64,000 nt of DNA, from positions 7,812,001 to 7,876,000 of the forward strand of contig OZ234494.1 of the NCBI GenBank assembly GCA_965153455.1, given 5' to 3'. The notes below the pieces were generated by a model, which saw only the letters and a program-made list of their open reading frames with translations, was not told where the DNA came from and searched no databases. This stretch comes from Sphagnum compactum. Lineage: Eukaryota. Below, in pieces: positions 24,651 to 36,042 of this stretch (the stretch's first letter is position 1; each line of letters opens with the position of its first letter). Both the position numbers and the translations under genes were made by a program.

Positions 24651-26344
24651 TTAGGAAGCCAAAGAAAGAAGAAACCCACGAGAGAGGAGAGAGAGAAACA
24701 CACGCACAGAAGGACAGTGCTGAAGCTCTCCTCGATTGCCAAAGATTTCTCGGCCATCTGCAGCGCAAACGGTTGCTGCAAACAATTTTGCAAGAATCCG
24801 GCATTCGAGAGCTTTCGGGCTATCTAACTTGAGGATTTTTTGAGAGGGAATCGGATTTTTGGGGTATTCTCGGAAGGAAGGAGAAGAAGGGGAGTAGTAG
24901 AAACAACAAGGTTTGCTGCCTCTTCTGCTTCTGTTTTGCTGCAACGTTTCTGCATTTGTTTTGTTTTTTTTTGGTTTTTTTTTTCTCCGTCATTGTTATT
25001 GCTACTGTTGTTCTTTCTTTCTTTCTTTCTTGCAAAGTCGTCGTGGAATTCTTTTTTTTCTTTGTTCTCACCTTGCCTTCTTCACCTGCTTGCCTTGCCA
25101 TTTGTGTGTGCACTTGCTTGCTTCTAGGTTGTCATTCTGGCGCTTGGTTTGCAATCTCCTGTGTTGCAGGAGTTTTGCTCAATTACTTTGTGTTGAAAAC
25201 CAAGGAGCTGCGTTGTGTATTGACCAAGTCGCCTCCAAGAAACTCACGAGAGAGAGAGAGAGAGAGAGGAGAGACTACTGCCTTAGTACTATTTGTAAGT
25301 TGAATTATGTTTTCTTGCTCGTCTACATATATAGAGTTGGAAGTTTCCGTCTCCATCTCTCTTATAGTCACATGCTCAATGCTCTAGGATTGTCAGTTCA
25401 ATGAAGTGCTCGCTATCTCTCTGTAGTGGCCAAAGACTAAGTCTTCTTCTTCATCAGCCAAGAACCGTCTCTCTACTTTTGTTGTGATGTTCATCAGTCC
25501 AATTGACTGTCTCTGTGATGTTCCAATTGCTTCTCTGTTTCTTTCCATATCTATGGATGGACACTGCACTCCTGAGTGCTCTTTGAATGGCACAATTTTT
25601 GGATGCACCTGAATCAATAAGCAATACTTGCCTCATTCAACAAGCTTTACATACATTCCATTTCACTGCAGTGCTTGACATTCTCTTCTAGAACTCCCTC
25701 CCAAGTTTGTTCATTCAATCTGGTTGTCATTGTTGCCAGCAATTGTGTGTTTTTATTAATTCTTGTAGTTGTGAATTTTGACAATGCTTGAAAGCTGGAG
25801 GTTGGAAACCCATTCACCCCCTTTTTCAATGAATGTGTGGCCTCAGGAGATGAAGTGTGGTTGCCTTTGTTGAACAAAAGGCACCATCAGGGTGGTTGGA
25901 AGTTTCTTACACAAAATTCATATGTCTCTTGCATAATTCAAATGGTTGATGATGACTCTTCTACTGTGAACCAGGCCTTGCATGCTGATTTATTGTTACT
26001 TGCATAAAATGACCGTCACTTGATTTCTCTTCTCTTTCCAATGTCGTTAAATTGTAGGTTTTCCTTTGCACCTGTAGACATGTGTTTCTCTTTCACTATT
26101 TCTATACTTGTGCAATGCAGCCCCATGGTCATCTATCTTCCCTGAGTGCTGCTGAAATGACACTTTTTGGGTTGTTTGCCCATAGTGTCATCCTCCCTCA
26201 TGCAGTCTCCTACTTTTGTGTGCTGTTCAGTGTTACTGGTTATGACAGCATGACAGCCACAGACTGCACCAACAGCAGCAGCAGGAGCAGGGAATGATGG
26301 AGCTGCATTGTACATGACACCAGCAGAACTTCCGGCTATCCACC

Positions 26345-29300
26345 ATGAGTCCCCCAAGACGTAGGGGGAAGCAAGGCCCCTGTGGTCATTGTGGAATTGA
26401 AAGTGAGTTTTGTCTTTCTCTGTGTCTCTGTTTCTGTCTGTCTGTTGACTGTGGTCATAAGGGCTACTACCACAAGCACAGTCTTCTGTATACAGTCTCT
26501 ATTGACTCTCTGAGCCATAAACTGGATGTTAATCAGTTCAGTGGTCAAGAGTCTCCCTCACACTATGCTTCCCACTTATATGTGCAACCTTCTTCATGTG
26601 TTCCTTGTACAGTTCCTGTAAGAAGTGTGTGCGTGTGCGTGTGTGTTTCTGTTTCTACAGCAACTCCCTTGTGGCGAAATGGACCTCCAGAGAAACCAGT
26701 CCTCTGTAATGCATGTGGATCCAGATGGCGCACCAAGGGTACACTTCTGAACTACATGCCAATGCACTCTGGTGGCTTTGGAGGTGCTGGGAGCAAAGAA
26801 GGCGTGGCACGAAGAAAGAAGGGCAGTCAAAAATGGTCTTCTGATCCAGCCTGCTCCCACAAGCGCAAGGAGCCATCTGGAGGGCATGTGGAGATCAGAA
26901 CTCCAGCTTCACTACACCCTCTCTTGCTCAAGGATGCAGAGGAGGAGCTCAAGACAACATCAAGCTTGGAGTCAGGAGTGTTTGGGCCAGATAGTGATGC
27001 TTTGTCCAGAAGTTCTCCAGTTCAGAGTGATTCTTCTGCAGGTTGGCTTTTGTCTCCTCCTCAACCAACCAACCAAGATCACTTCCTCTTTCATTGAATC
27101 TTCATGTTCAAACTAATGATTTGGTTTTACTTTTGCCTTACAGGTCTTGGATGGGAAGGGCCTATCCCTTCTAGGAAGCGCACTCCCATGGTCCGGGGTT
27201 GCACTTCTCTTGAAAAACTCATCAGCCATTTCCAAGAGCTCATGAATGAGTCTCCACCTCAAAGCTGCCCGACTGTTACAAGCTCTGAGTCAGCAGAAGA
27301 ATTGCTGGTGGAAGGCACTCCCTCAATAATGACTGTGGAGAAAGGAGTGGACATTGAATTCATACAGCAAAACCCCATGCCACTGTTGCAGGAGCCTGCT
27401 GTTGAGGTTATGTCGTTCTTGATGGAAAGTGCAGGAAATGTGGAGGCCATGCAGGGTATGGATGCAAGATTTAGCAATGGGGTGGTGGTGGAGCCTCTGA
27501 ATGAGGCACCAATCTTTCCAGCTCAAGGAAAGGAAAAGCCGAGTCACTTTTTGAAGGAGATGGAGGACATGGCCTACTTGCAATCTGACCATCATTTGGT
27601 TCCCAATAAGGCACTCTTGTAAGTATCAAAGCTTATGGGATGCCTGGTATGTCCAATCAATTTCCATGTGCATCTTTCTCTTTGCACTCCTGTGCATTGA
27701 GATTTTTCAACATCTGTGAGGTTCAGTCCCTGGGACATATACTTCATGCCACATATAGTCCATATGTGCAACACATAGTGTGTGAAACCACTGTTAAATA
27801 TCCTAAAAGGTCAAAGTTGTGCGCAGAGAGAATTTCCCTTACAACAAGCAGGATGTTCTCCAAGGCTGCCAGTCTCCACTTGTCTTTCTGGAGATGAAGG
27901 TAAAGCTATTGCTTCAGCTTCAGGATTATTTTCTTAAGTCTTATAATGAACCCCGGAGGCCTTCCCTGTTCTTCTTCAGGATATAGCAGTGACCCCAAGA
28001 CTCTTTTTGTACAGGAGATTCTCAATTTTGACACTTACACAGGTCTTCTCACAGACCAAGAGCAAGGTCAGTTGGCAAGGCTTGTATCACCTGTGGACAT
28101 CAACAGGATTCCAGAAAGGTGAAGTTTCACTTTCAGGGTTTATGGTTATCTCAACTGCTGTTTGTGACTTCTTTCCTCTCTGTGAGCCTCCATCATCTGT
28201 GCATACCAATGTGGAATTCCTGAGTCTTGTTTTAGCCACTTGAAAGACAATGATTTCCTAATTGAGGGATGTCAGGTGGGTCTTATGAAGGTTTGGCCTG
28301 TATCCTATTTCTTCTCATTTTTCATGGCACAATCCTTACATAGTGTATTGCATGGGTTCATTTTAAGGAGCATACCTGTCCTAGTCTGCTGCTAGTCTAG
28401 TGTGGTGAGATAGCAAGTTGATAAGCTTGTCTCTATTTTGCAGTCTGAAGGAGATGTTCAACAGTGGGCATTTTGAAGGGGCCCTAGTCAACTTCCAGCA
28501 GCTTTTATCAGAAGGAATGTTTGACTCATTAGAACCAGGAATGGATGCTGGTGTCCTTGAGCATTTACAGCAGCTGCTCACTGCCTCAGATCTCAACAGC
28601 TCAGGCTGGATGGAAAGATTGTCTCAACTTCAAATTTACGATAAGCACTGGAGTGGATCCTCTGATCTCTCTAAGGTACATACTTTGATTCACACCTATG
28701 TCCAAAACAGTTGTAACTTCAAGGGAAACTAAGCATAAAGTCAGTATTATGTCAATATCTGCACATGGGGTCTCCTTGCTTCTGAAATGGCATCAATTTT
28801 CAATTTTTTAAATGTGTTGAGCTGTGTTGGCACAATGCTAATGAATTCCTCACCTGTGCAGAACAAAGAATTGATCAAGGACAAGATGAATGGATGTAGA
28901 GTGCCGCTGATAGTTGGGTCTGGAAGCATTAAGAACTCTCTAGGCAAGTTACCTGCCCAAATTGGGGCAAGCTTTGGGGAAGTCCTATGTGCAGGAACTT
29001 ATAAGCAAAACAAATGTGGAAGCAATTATTTGCCTTACTGTGGACTTTCACCTCTGAAATTCACACATAGCTTGAAGTTGAGAACAGCTGATATAGGAAA
29101 TGATGGAGTGATTGCAATTGAAGTGGGGGAAACATGCTTTGCAGACAATGATGATCTTCCAGACCTCCAAGTTCCTGGATCAGATGGTATGGAGCCAGAT
29201 TTGCTGTTTGATCTGTCATCCAACATCTTATCATTTCATGAAGCTGAGTTTCTCCAGCAACCGGTTTGGACCAAGAGTAAGGAAGAAAGTGAGTCCAATC

Positions 29301-29656
29301 AGGTTAGTTGTTTTCTGCAGTTTGTCTGGCCAGTGTTTTTTTTGTGAGTTCCATTTCAGTCATTGGTGATACATTCATGTCATATTTTGCCCATGTTGAT
29401 ATAGACAGTCTAAGATTGGACACAGTGCTGCTTTTATGAGTCTTGAATAGTAAAGTGAACAATCAGAGAGAATAGTGGTGGACTTTACAAAGTGTTTGCA
29501 ATTTTCATGCAGATTGAAAGTGGAGGTCTAATCATGAGCAACATATGGCACATGGATAATAGCCTTTCTGAGCTATTTTGGAACCCACTATGTGGCAGTC
29601 CTGGAAATGGCCTGCCCAATGGAGCTGTACTAAATCCAGGACAAATGCTCACATGA
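26345..29656 (+). CDS. Class-D GATA transcription factor (GATA26/27-like) with ASXH/DEUBAD domain, ~635 aa
   Basis: Exons 26345-26402, 26661-27041, 27144-27618, 27827-27899, 28015-28118, 28444-28675, 28862-29302, 29513-29656 (1908 nt, in frame). [41 protein letters not shown] zinc finger; [63 protein letters not shown]-terminal [17 protein letters not shown]. Confidence 0.92.
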
Positions 29657-30519
29657 AAACAGCAACCCTCTAAAGATGGTACTGTAAAATCCAAAAAGGA
29701 GAACACCTCTCTTCCTTCCATCTGCTTTCTATTGCATGCCCTCTGGTGATGCTGATTCTTAGCTTTGAGATGATCTGTGGTTTCACCCTTGAAGCCCCTA
29801 TGGAAGAGGGCAAATATAGTTAAAACACTTCAATTTTTCCATCAAGAGAGTGTACAATAGCCGCTACCAGATTTGAATCCTGTGTGACTATTGGTCGCTG
29901 GATTGCCAATTTGGTTTTCAGTATATGGCCTGTGACAGTTTGAGCTTAGCTCCTTCAGCATCACCAAATGCTTTTGTACTGTAATAAGAGAAATGTTCTG
30001 CCTCCACTTGCTGTCATAGAAACTCATCCTTCTTCCATTGCTGATTCATTGACTTGACAATCTGCTGACTCAAACTCTATTGCAGTAGATGAACCCAGAA
30101 TGGCAGAGCACTCTTAAGAAAATGGAAACAAGTAAATGGGTGAAAGACACAAGTATGCTGGCAATCTTTGGCAGTGAATAATTTGAGTTCAAATCTTTTT
30201 CCCAATGGTCATCATGTTCTTCATATGGTTTTCATCAAGGAAATCATTCAAGGAAGAAGATAGCTGGTGAGATGCTTTCCCAGCCAAGCACTTCAAATGA
30301 CTTTCATTCAAGGAAATCATCCAGGGTAAAAGATGGCTATGGGACGCTTTCCCTATGCAACATGACCCCACTTCCTTGACTTGTCTAAGGGAGGAAAGGA
30401 AGTGGGGCCAAGTTTCCCCAATGAAAATGGGAAGTTGCTGCCATGTTTTCCTTGACAAATTTGGCTACACTTTTCCAGCAAAGGCATCTATTCCCCAATG
30501 ATCATGTATATATATATAT

Positions 30520-31640
30520 ATTCATGAACAATTTTGTGTGAAATCAAATCATTTCATCAACCTTCCCCATTTGCATTTTAATCCCCCAATGCCCCATTCA
30601 AGTTGCACTCTAAATCTCATGTGCATGGTGTTATATGCTCGTATTGCATCATTATTTGCATTAGGGCCTAGCTTGTTGCACAAACCAAGCTTTCACATGC
30701 TAAATATTTCTTCCCTCATGTACCTCAAACCCCCCAACAAGCACTCAATGTATTCATCCTCATGCACACACAAAAAACTAATGTTGGTTTCTTTGTAGCT
30801 TTAAAGCATGCAAGATAATCATATCATAATAAAAACCCAAGTAGCCTACATCCAACTAAATGAAAAGGCTTTGATGATTAATAACCACCATGTTGTTCAT
30901 TGAATAAATCTTCTTGTGCCCATTAAACTAAGTCTTGTGATTGTCGTTTTGCTAGGGCATGCAAATGATGATGAATGTAATGTCGATGAAGTCAATGCAA
31001 TCAAGGAATTGAATATTTCAATCAATAGTGTCAATTTTTCCTAGACAATTGATCATTAAATTCATCTCTAATTATCTCATTATGCATGAAACAATGAAGA
31101 TGGCATCATTGTATAATACATTAGTGGACTAATTCACATGAATGGGTCATGGTAACATTATCATGTTTCATGTACAAAATGAAATTTAAAATATGTTATT
31201 CAAACATCAAGTTACATGGGCAGCCAAAAACATCATGAACTTCACATGTACAATTTTTTTAATTGATTTTTTTTGAAAATTTTTGGATTTGTACTATAAT
31301 TTTTCCAATTAAATCTTTTTGAAACATTCTCCAATTTTTTGAAATCAAAAAATTGAAAAAAAAAAATTGTAAATCATGTGTGAGCTACAATGGTTGGGAC
31401 CATAAGCGCTACTAACTCCTCAAGTCCCCCCAAGGTGAAATTGGTGAGAGTTTTGAATAAACTTGGTGTGGTGGGCATTGTGGCCAACACATATACACAT
31501 CCACATTTGGACTGGCCTACACCCTCTTCAAAATCATTGGCATTAAAGAACTCCAAAAAATTTATAACAATAAATACGTCTACAAAAGTCATCTTTGTTC
31601 ATCCTATCCATCTCTTCATCATTATTATGAAAGTAGAACT
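30520..31640 (-). pseudogene. PIF/Harbinger DDE transposase (HARBI1-like) relic
   Basis: Minus-strand fragments in order: LFKTLTNFTLGGLEELVALMVPTI; LNFILYMKHDNVT; IDITFIIICMP*..FNGHKKIYSMNNMVVINHQSLFI*LDVGY; DEYIECLLG; MHMRFRVQLEWGIGGLKCKWGRL. Collinear with Harbinger IDGT..FNGRK..GSxHD..GDxGY..RVxVExxxGxLKxKW. Many stops/frameshifts. Confidence 0.82.
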
Positions 31641-31899
31641 AAAATGTTCATTTGAACCAAGAGACCCAAGTGAAGCCCCAATTGAACCAAGAAACCCAAC
31701 TAAATTCCCATTGAACCAAAAAAGCTATCACTTAAATAATGAAGCCATGAGTTTAAAGTCTTTAGAATAATAATAAAAACAAAGAATGTGGGAAAAGTCC
31801 CATTTATATAATTTTTCTTTAAACCACACCTTAAGAATTTTAAATCAATTAGGATTAAAATGATGTAATTAAGTTAATGCCATGGTCTTTAGGGCTAGG

Positions 31900-32600
31900 T
31901 TTTGGACATGGATTGTGGGGTTTTGACATGCAAGTGGGGTTTTCCAGTTTGGCAAAACCAATGTGGTTTTGGGTTTTGGTGAACAAAAGGGGTTTTGGGG
32001 TTTGGATGTGTGTGATGGGCTTTAAGGTTATGGTGCATGAATGGGGTTTGGGGGAGTGCAACGGGTTTTAGGGTTTTGGCAAACAAATGGGGTTTTGCAG
32101 TTTGAGGGTCTGTGATGGGTTTTAAGGTTATGGGGAATGAATGAACTTTTGGGGTTTCAGGTTGTGCCAAAACACTAAAACCCTAACTTTAAGGTATATC
32201 GAATATCAAAGGTACAAACATTAAACCCTAATATAATAAAAATTTAATCCAGACCCTAATTTTTTTAAGTCATTCAAATCTTAATGCTATAAAATCTTAG
32301 TCAAAACTCTAACCTTAAAAAATCTAGGTTTCCAAAAGTTTAAGTCCAAATCTTAACCTTAAAAATCTAAGCTTTCAAAAGTCTAAGTCAAATCCTAACG
32401 ATAAAAAAGTTGTTCAAGTCATAATGTCGAAAAACCCTAATCCAAACCCTAACTTTTAAAATAATTTAGATTGTCAAAAATTTAATTTTAACCTTAACCT
32501 TAAAAAACTCTACAATATTTAGGTTTTCAAAAATCTAAGTGCAAACCCAAACCTTTAAAATGTTGTTCAAACCCTAGTGTTAAAAATCTATGTGTAACTA
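31900..32600. repeat. Low-complexity GGGTTT / AAACCCTAA-rich degenerate repeats
   Basis: ~98-bp duplication (31968-32055 vs 32070-32158), then repeated AACCTTAAAAA.TCTAAGT units. Confidence 0.6.
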
Positions 32601-35096
32601 GTGTTTCTTTTAACATGTTTGTAAGTCTCATAAACTTTTTGAAATAAATACATGTGTGTTGTGTTGGTATAACAATGTTTGTAATATATTAATTTAAGAT
32701 TTGGAAAATTTTGAAAGTAACCTATAAAATATAAAATTTTTTTTTAATATTTGAAAAAACTCATGATCAATGTTTTTGTGATTGAAAAATGTCATCAAAT
32801 CATGTAAAATCAATGCTTATCTTGTTTAACATTGTTTTAACATTATTTGACCATTCTTATGTTATCACATTCACTTGTCAAGACCATTTAAAAGGCATAA
32901 TCAACTCCTTTTATCTCATTTTTACATTGTGACATTTTGTTTTGTTACGTGAATATGTTTTATCATTGTAAAAATAAAAAAAAATTAATGTATATTTTTT
33001 TATAATCAACCCTAGTTTCACACATCATCTTATCAAGCAAACCCTCTACTTTGTAAGCAATCATCTTAAATGATAGATGTGACTCCTATTAGTGCGTGTG
33101 TATTCAAGCAAAAATTTTCGCCAAGTGTGTCCTCATAACCAGACTTCACCCATTGATAGCATACTTGATAAAATCTACATCAATTGGTTTGGGTGTGTTA
33201 GGGTTTTTTCCCGGGGGAACAAGCATCATATGCTAGTTCCACTTTTGGTTCCTTCAATTTCAATTTGTAATGTGAATCACCCGTAGAAAACATGGTTGAT
33301 GTTTGAATCCAAACTTGGCTACCACCTCGTCATGGGGCCTTTATTTTGAGGAATGCCATCCTAGGGCTTTACCATACATGTTCACGAGTTCAAGCAACAA
33401 GGCAATCTAACCCTATTGCCTTTGAAAATCAATTTGTTTCACTATACTACTTTTATCACTTTGGGTACAACAATATTATTATTTTTTAAAAAGCTAAGAG
33501 TCAAACTTACTTGATCACAAACAAAAATAACCATATCCATCAAAGCAATGCATTGAAAGAAATTTTCTTAATGTGTTTGGAGAGCACTTTATATACATGA
33601 ATTCCATCCTAGAAAAGAGTTGGGGATCTTATGACTACACCTTAAGAGTGAGAGAAACATTATGATGTTTTAAGGAGTAGGTGTAAGGACCTTCCCTTTC
33701 TTGTCCCTTGTGATTTTAAGTATGTTAAGTTCATGGTAGTTTAACCATATGCTTTATGCGTGGGGTAAAGCCCGAGGGTAAGGGCATTACTTGAACAAGG
33801 ACCCACATGAGTTCTTACTCAACAATTTGAAGCATTTCATTATATGTATATGATTAAATAATATAAGAGTCAAGTGACCTAAACATCAATTTCGCACCAA
33901 ATTATTATTATTATTATTATTGTTATTATTTCTATTGGGGCACAAATGAACATTCCTTCATTCACTGTGAAGAAAAGGGAAATGGGTTTTTCTATTTTTC
34001 AAAAAATGAACTTTCCACTAGATAATCATCTAACTTTTTGATATTCATATCTAGTATAGCAAGTGCATGGAGAGAACGTGGACATATTAGAGTTATTTGT
34101 GTAAAGTCAGTTATGCTCTCTTTGGGCCTCATCTCACCCCCTATCCCCTCTCTCATTGGTATCCACAAAGTAAGGAAATTTTATTAAATCTCAGTATGAA
34201 ATCCTGAAACTCAGCGCACAAGGTTCAAGAGTAATTATAGTAGTAGTAGTACCAGTAAGAGCAGTGTAAATAAATATATGTGGAGGCGCTCAGGAGAAAG
34301 GAAAGACACCATGATATGTACTCAATTTACCACCAAAATTGATGGAAAAACTAGTTTGGGTCCCAGTTATTTTGTTTTGTAAAATTTTGATTCCCAGTTA
34401 CACGTTTGATGTCCTATTATGCCTAAACTGGCTGTTCTCGCCCCTAGTCGAGTAACTCTACGAATAACTCTATTAGATTGGACCCTTTTGTAATGGGTAC
34501 ACCTTAGAAATTGGGTCACTTAAGACTTGGTCATTGGAACTTGATTGGATGCAAATTACTTTTTAGGGCACCTTACAAGCATAGTTGATGCCTCCTAAAA
34601 AAAACGAGAGGCACCTTGTGCCTACAAGAGAGGCCTCTGACACCTACTAGGTAAATATTTTAGTTCATGTTAGAGGCCTCTTGTAGGCATAAGGTACCTT
34701 TTGCACTTCTAATCACTTCATGATTAATCAGGCTTATGGGTAATGGTCACGGGTAGGGGTCATTCCCAAATAATGTGGGGTTAGGCTCAACTACCGCCTT
34801 GCCTTATGCCCCCTTATTATTTTTTGAATGCCTCTTCTCTTAGATCTTACACATAAAGCATCAACATTCTTTTCTTTTTCTTTTTTTGTATTTTTAGGTC
34901 GCTCCCTAGCTTGAATCTATCTTATTTGACTTTCTTTAACAATTTGTACCTCAATTTTTTTTTTCATTTTATTGAATTTAATGATTAATAATTTCAGAAA
35001 AAAAAAAAAAAAAAAAAAAAAACCATTGCTTTACACATTGCTTTTCAATGAAAGACTACTTTCAAATTTTTGACCTCCCTCGACTTATGGTACCAA

Positions 35097-35182
35097 CCTT
35101 GATAGGATCGCAAACACAAAAGGCCCCCATCGTGGGACCTTTATAGGATCTCAAACACAAAAGGCCCCCATAGTGGGACCTT
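35097..35182. repeat. 41-bp tandem duplication downstream of a ~25-nt poly(A)
   Basis: ATAGGATC.CAAACACAAAAGGCCCCCAT.GTGGGACCTT at 35102 and 35143. Confidence 0.85.
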
Positions 35183-36042
35183 CTCTTATTCGTAATGACC
35201 TCAACGGATGTGCATAATGTAATTTTTAGTCCCAATTGTGATCAAAGTCATGACGTGGTCTCCACGTCAGCATACTAACTCAATCTTAGCTGATGATGTC
35301 AGGATTTATAGCAGCAACAGCCAACCAGGTGGCACCACACTCAGCCAACCACGGGGCACCAAAATGGCAGCAGCCTGCTATTTTGCTGCCTATATTATTA
35401 AAAATTAAAAAAGTGTTAAAATCAAAGTGCTATATTAAAAACTAAAAAGTGCTAAAATCGAAGTGCTTTTAGAGATTTCCAATAGCCAAAAACTCCAAAA
35501 AAATTTAAGAAAATTTCTCACATTTCTTTTTACATCATTCAAGTATGGTAGCCAAAAATGTAGAAAGGTGTTTCTAAGAAATTTACTTTCATATTTAGCT
35601 TGTAGCCAAATTTGGCTAAATCTTCATCTGGATCCTAGCCACTGTGGCTATATCAAAGAAATTGACCAATAAGTAACACTAAAGAATTTTTTATGTTTTT
35701 TTTTTGTGGCGATTGGAATTTTTTTTAGATACATTCTACGAAAATATCCTAATCCCGCAAGTTTCGCCGATCTGTCGGAAACACGTAGGTACCTAGGCTT
35801 CCTGTTCCGCCGCGCGGTCGGAAATACGTACCTACCTATCGTCGTGACCCAAGTGCAAAGGCGAAGGACTCGACAACCAGAAGCGTTGCGAAGGGAAAGG
35901 GGCCGTGTGTTGCTGTGACGAATGTGGAAGAAATTGCAAAGAGTAGAGCACAAGAACAAAGTATCAAATCCGTAGCTGCTGTGAAGTTGGTGAAATTTTG
36001 CAACAGATCGGCGTGGGCGATCAGAGGGGGAAAAGATTTGAG

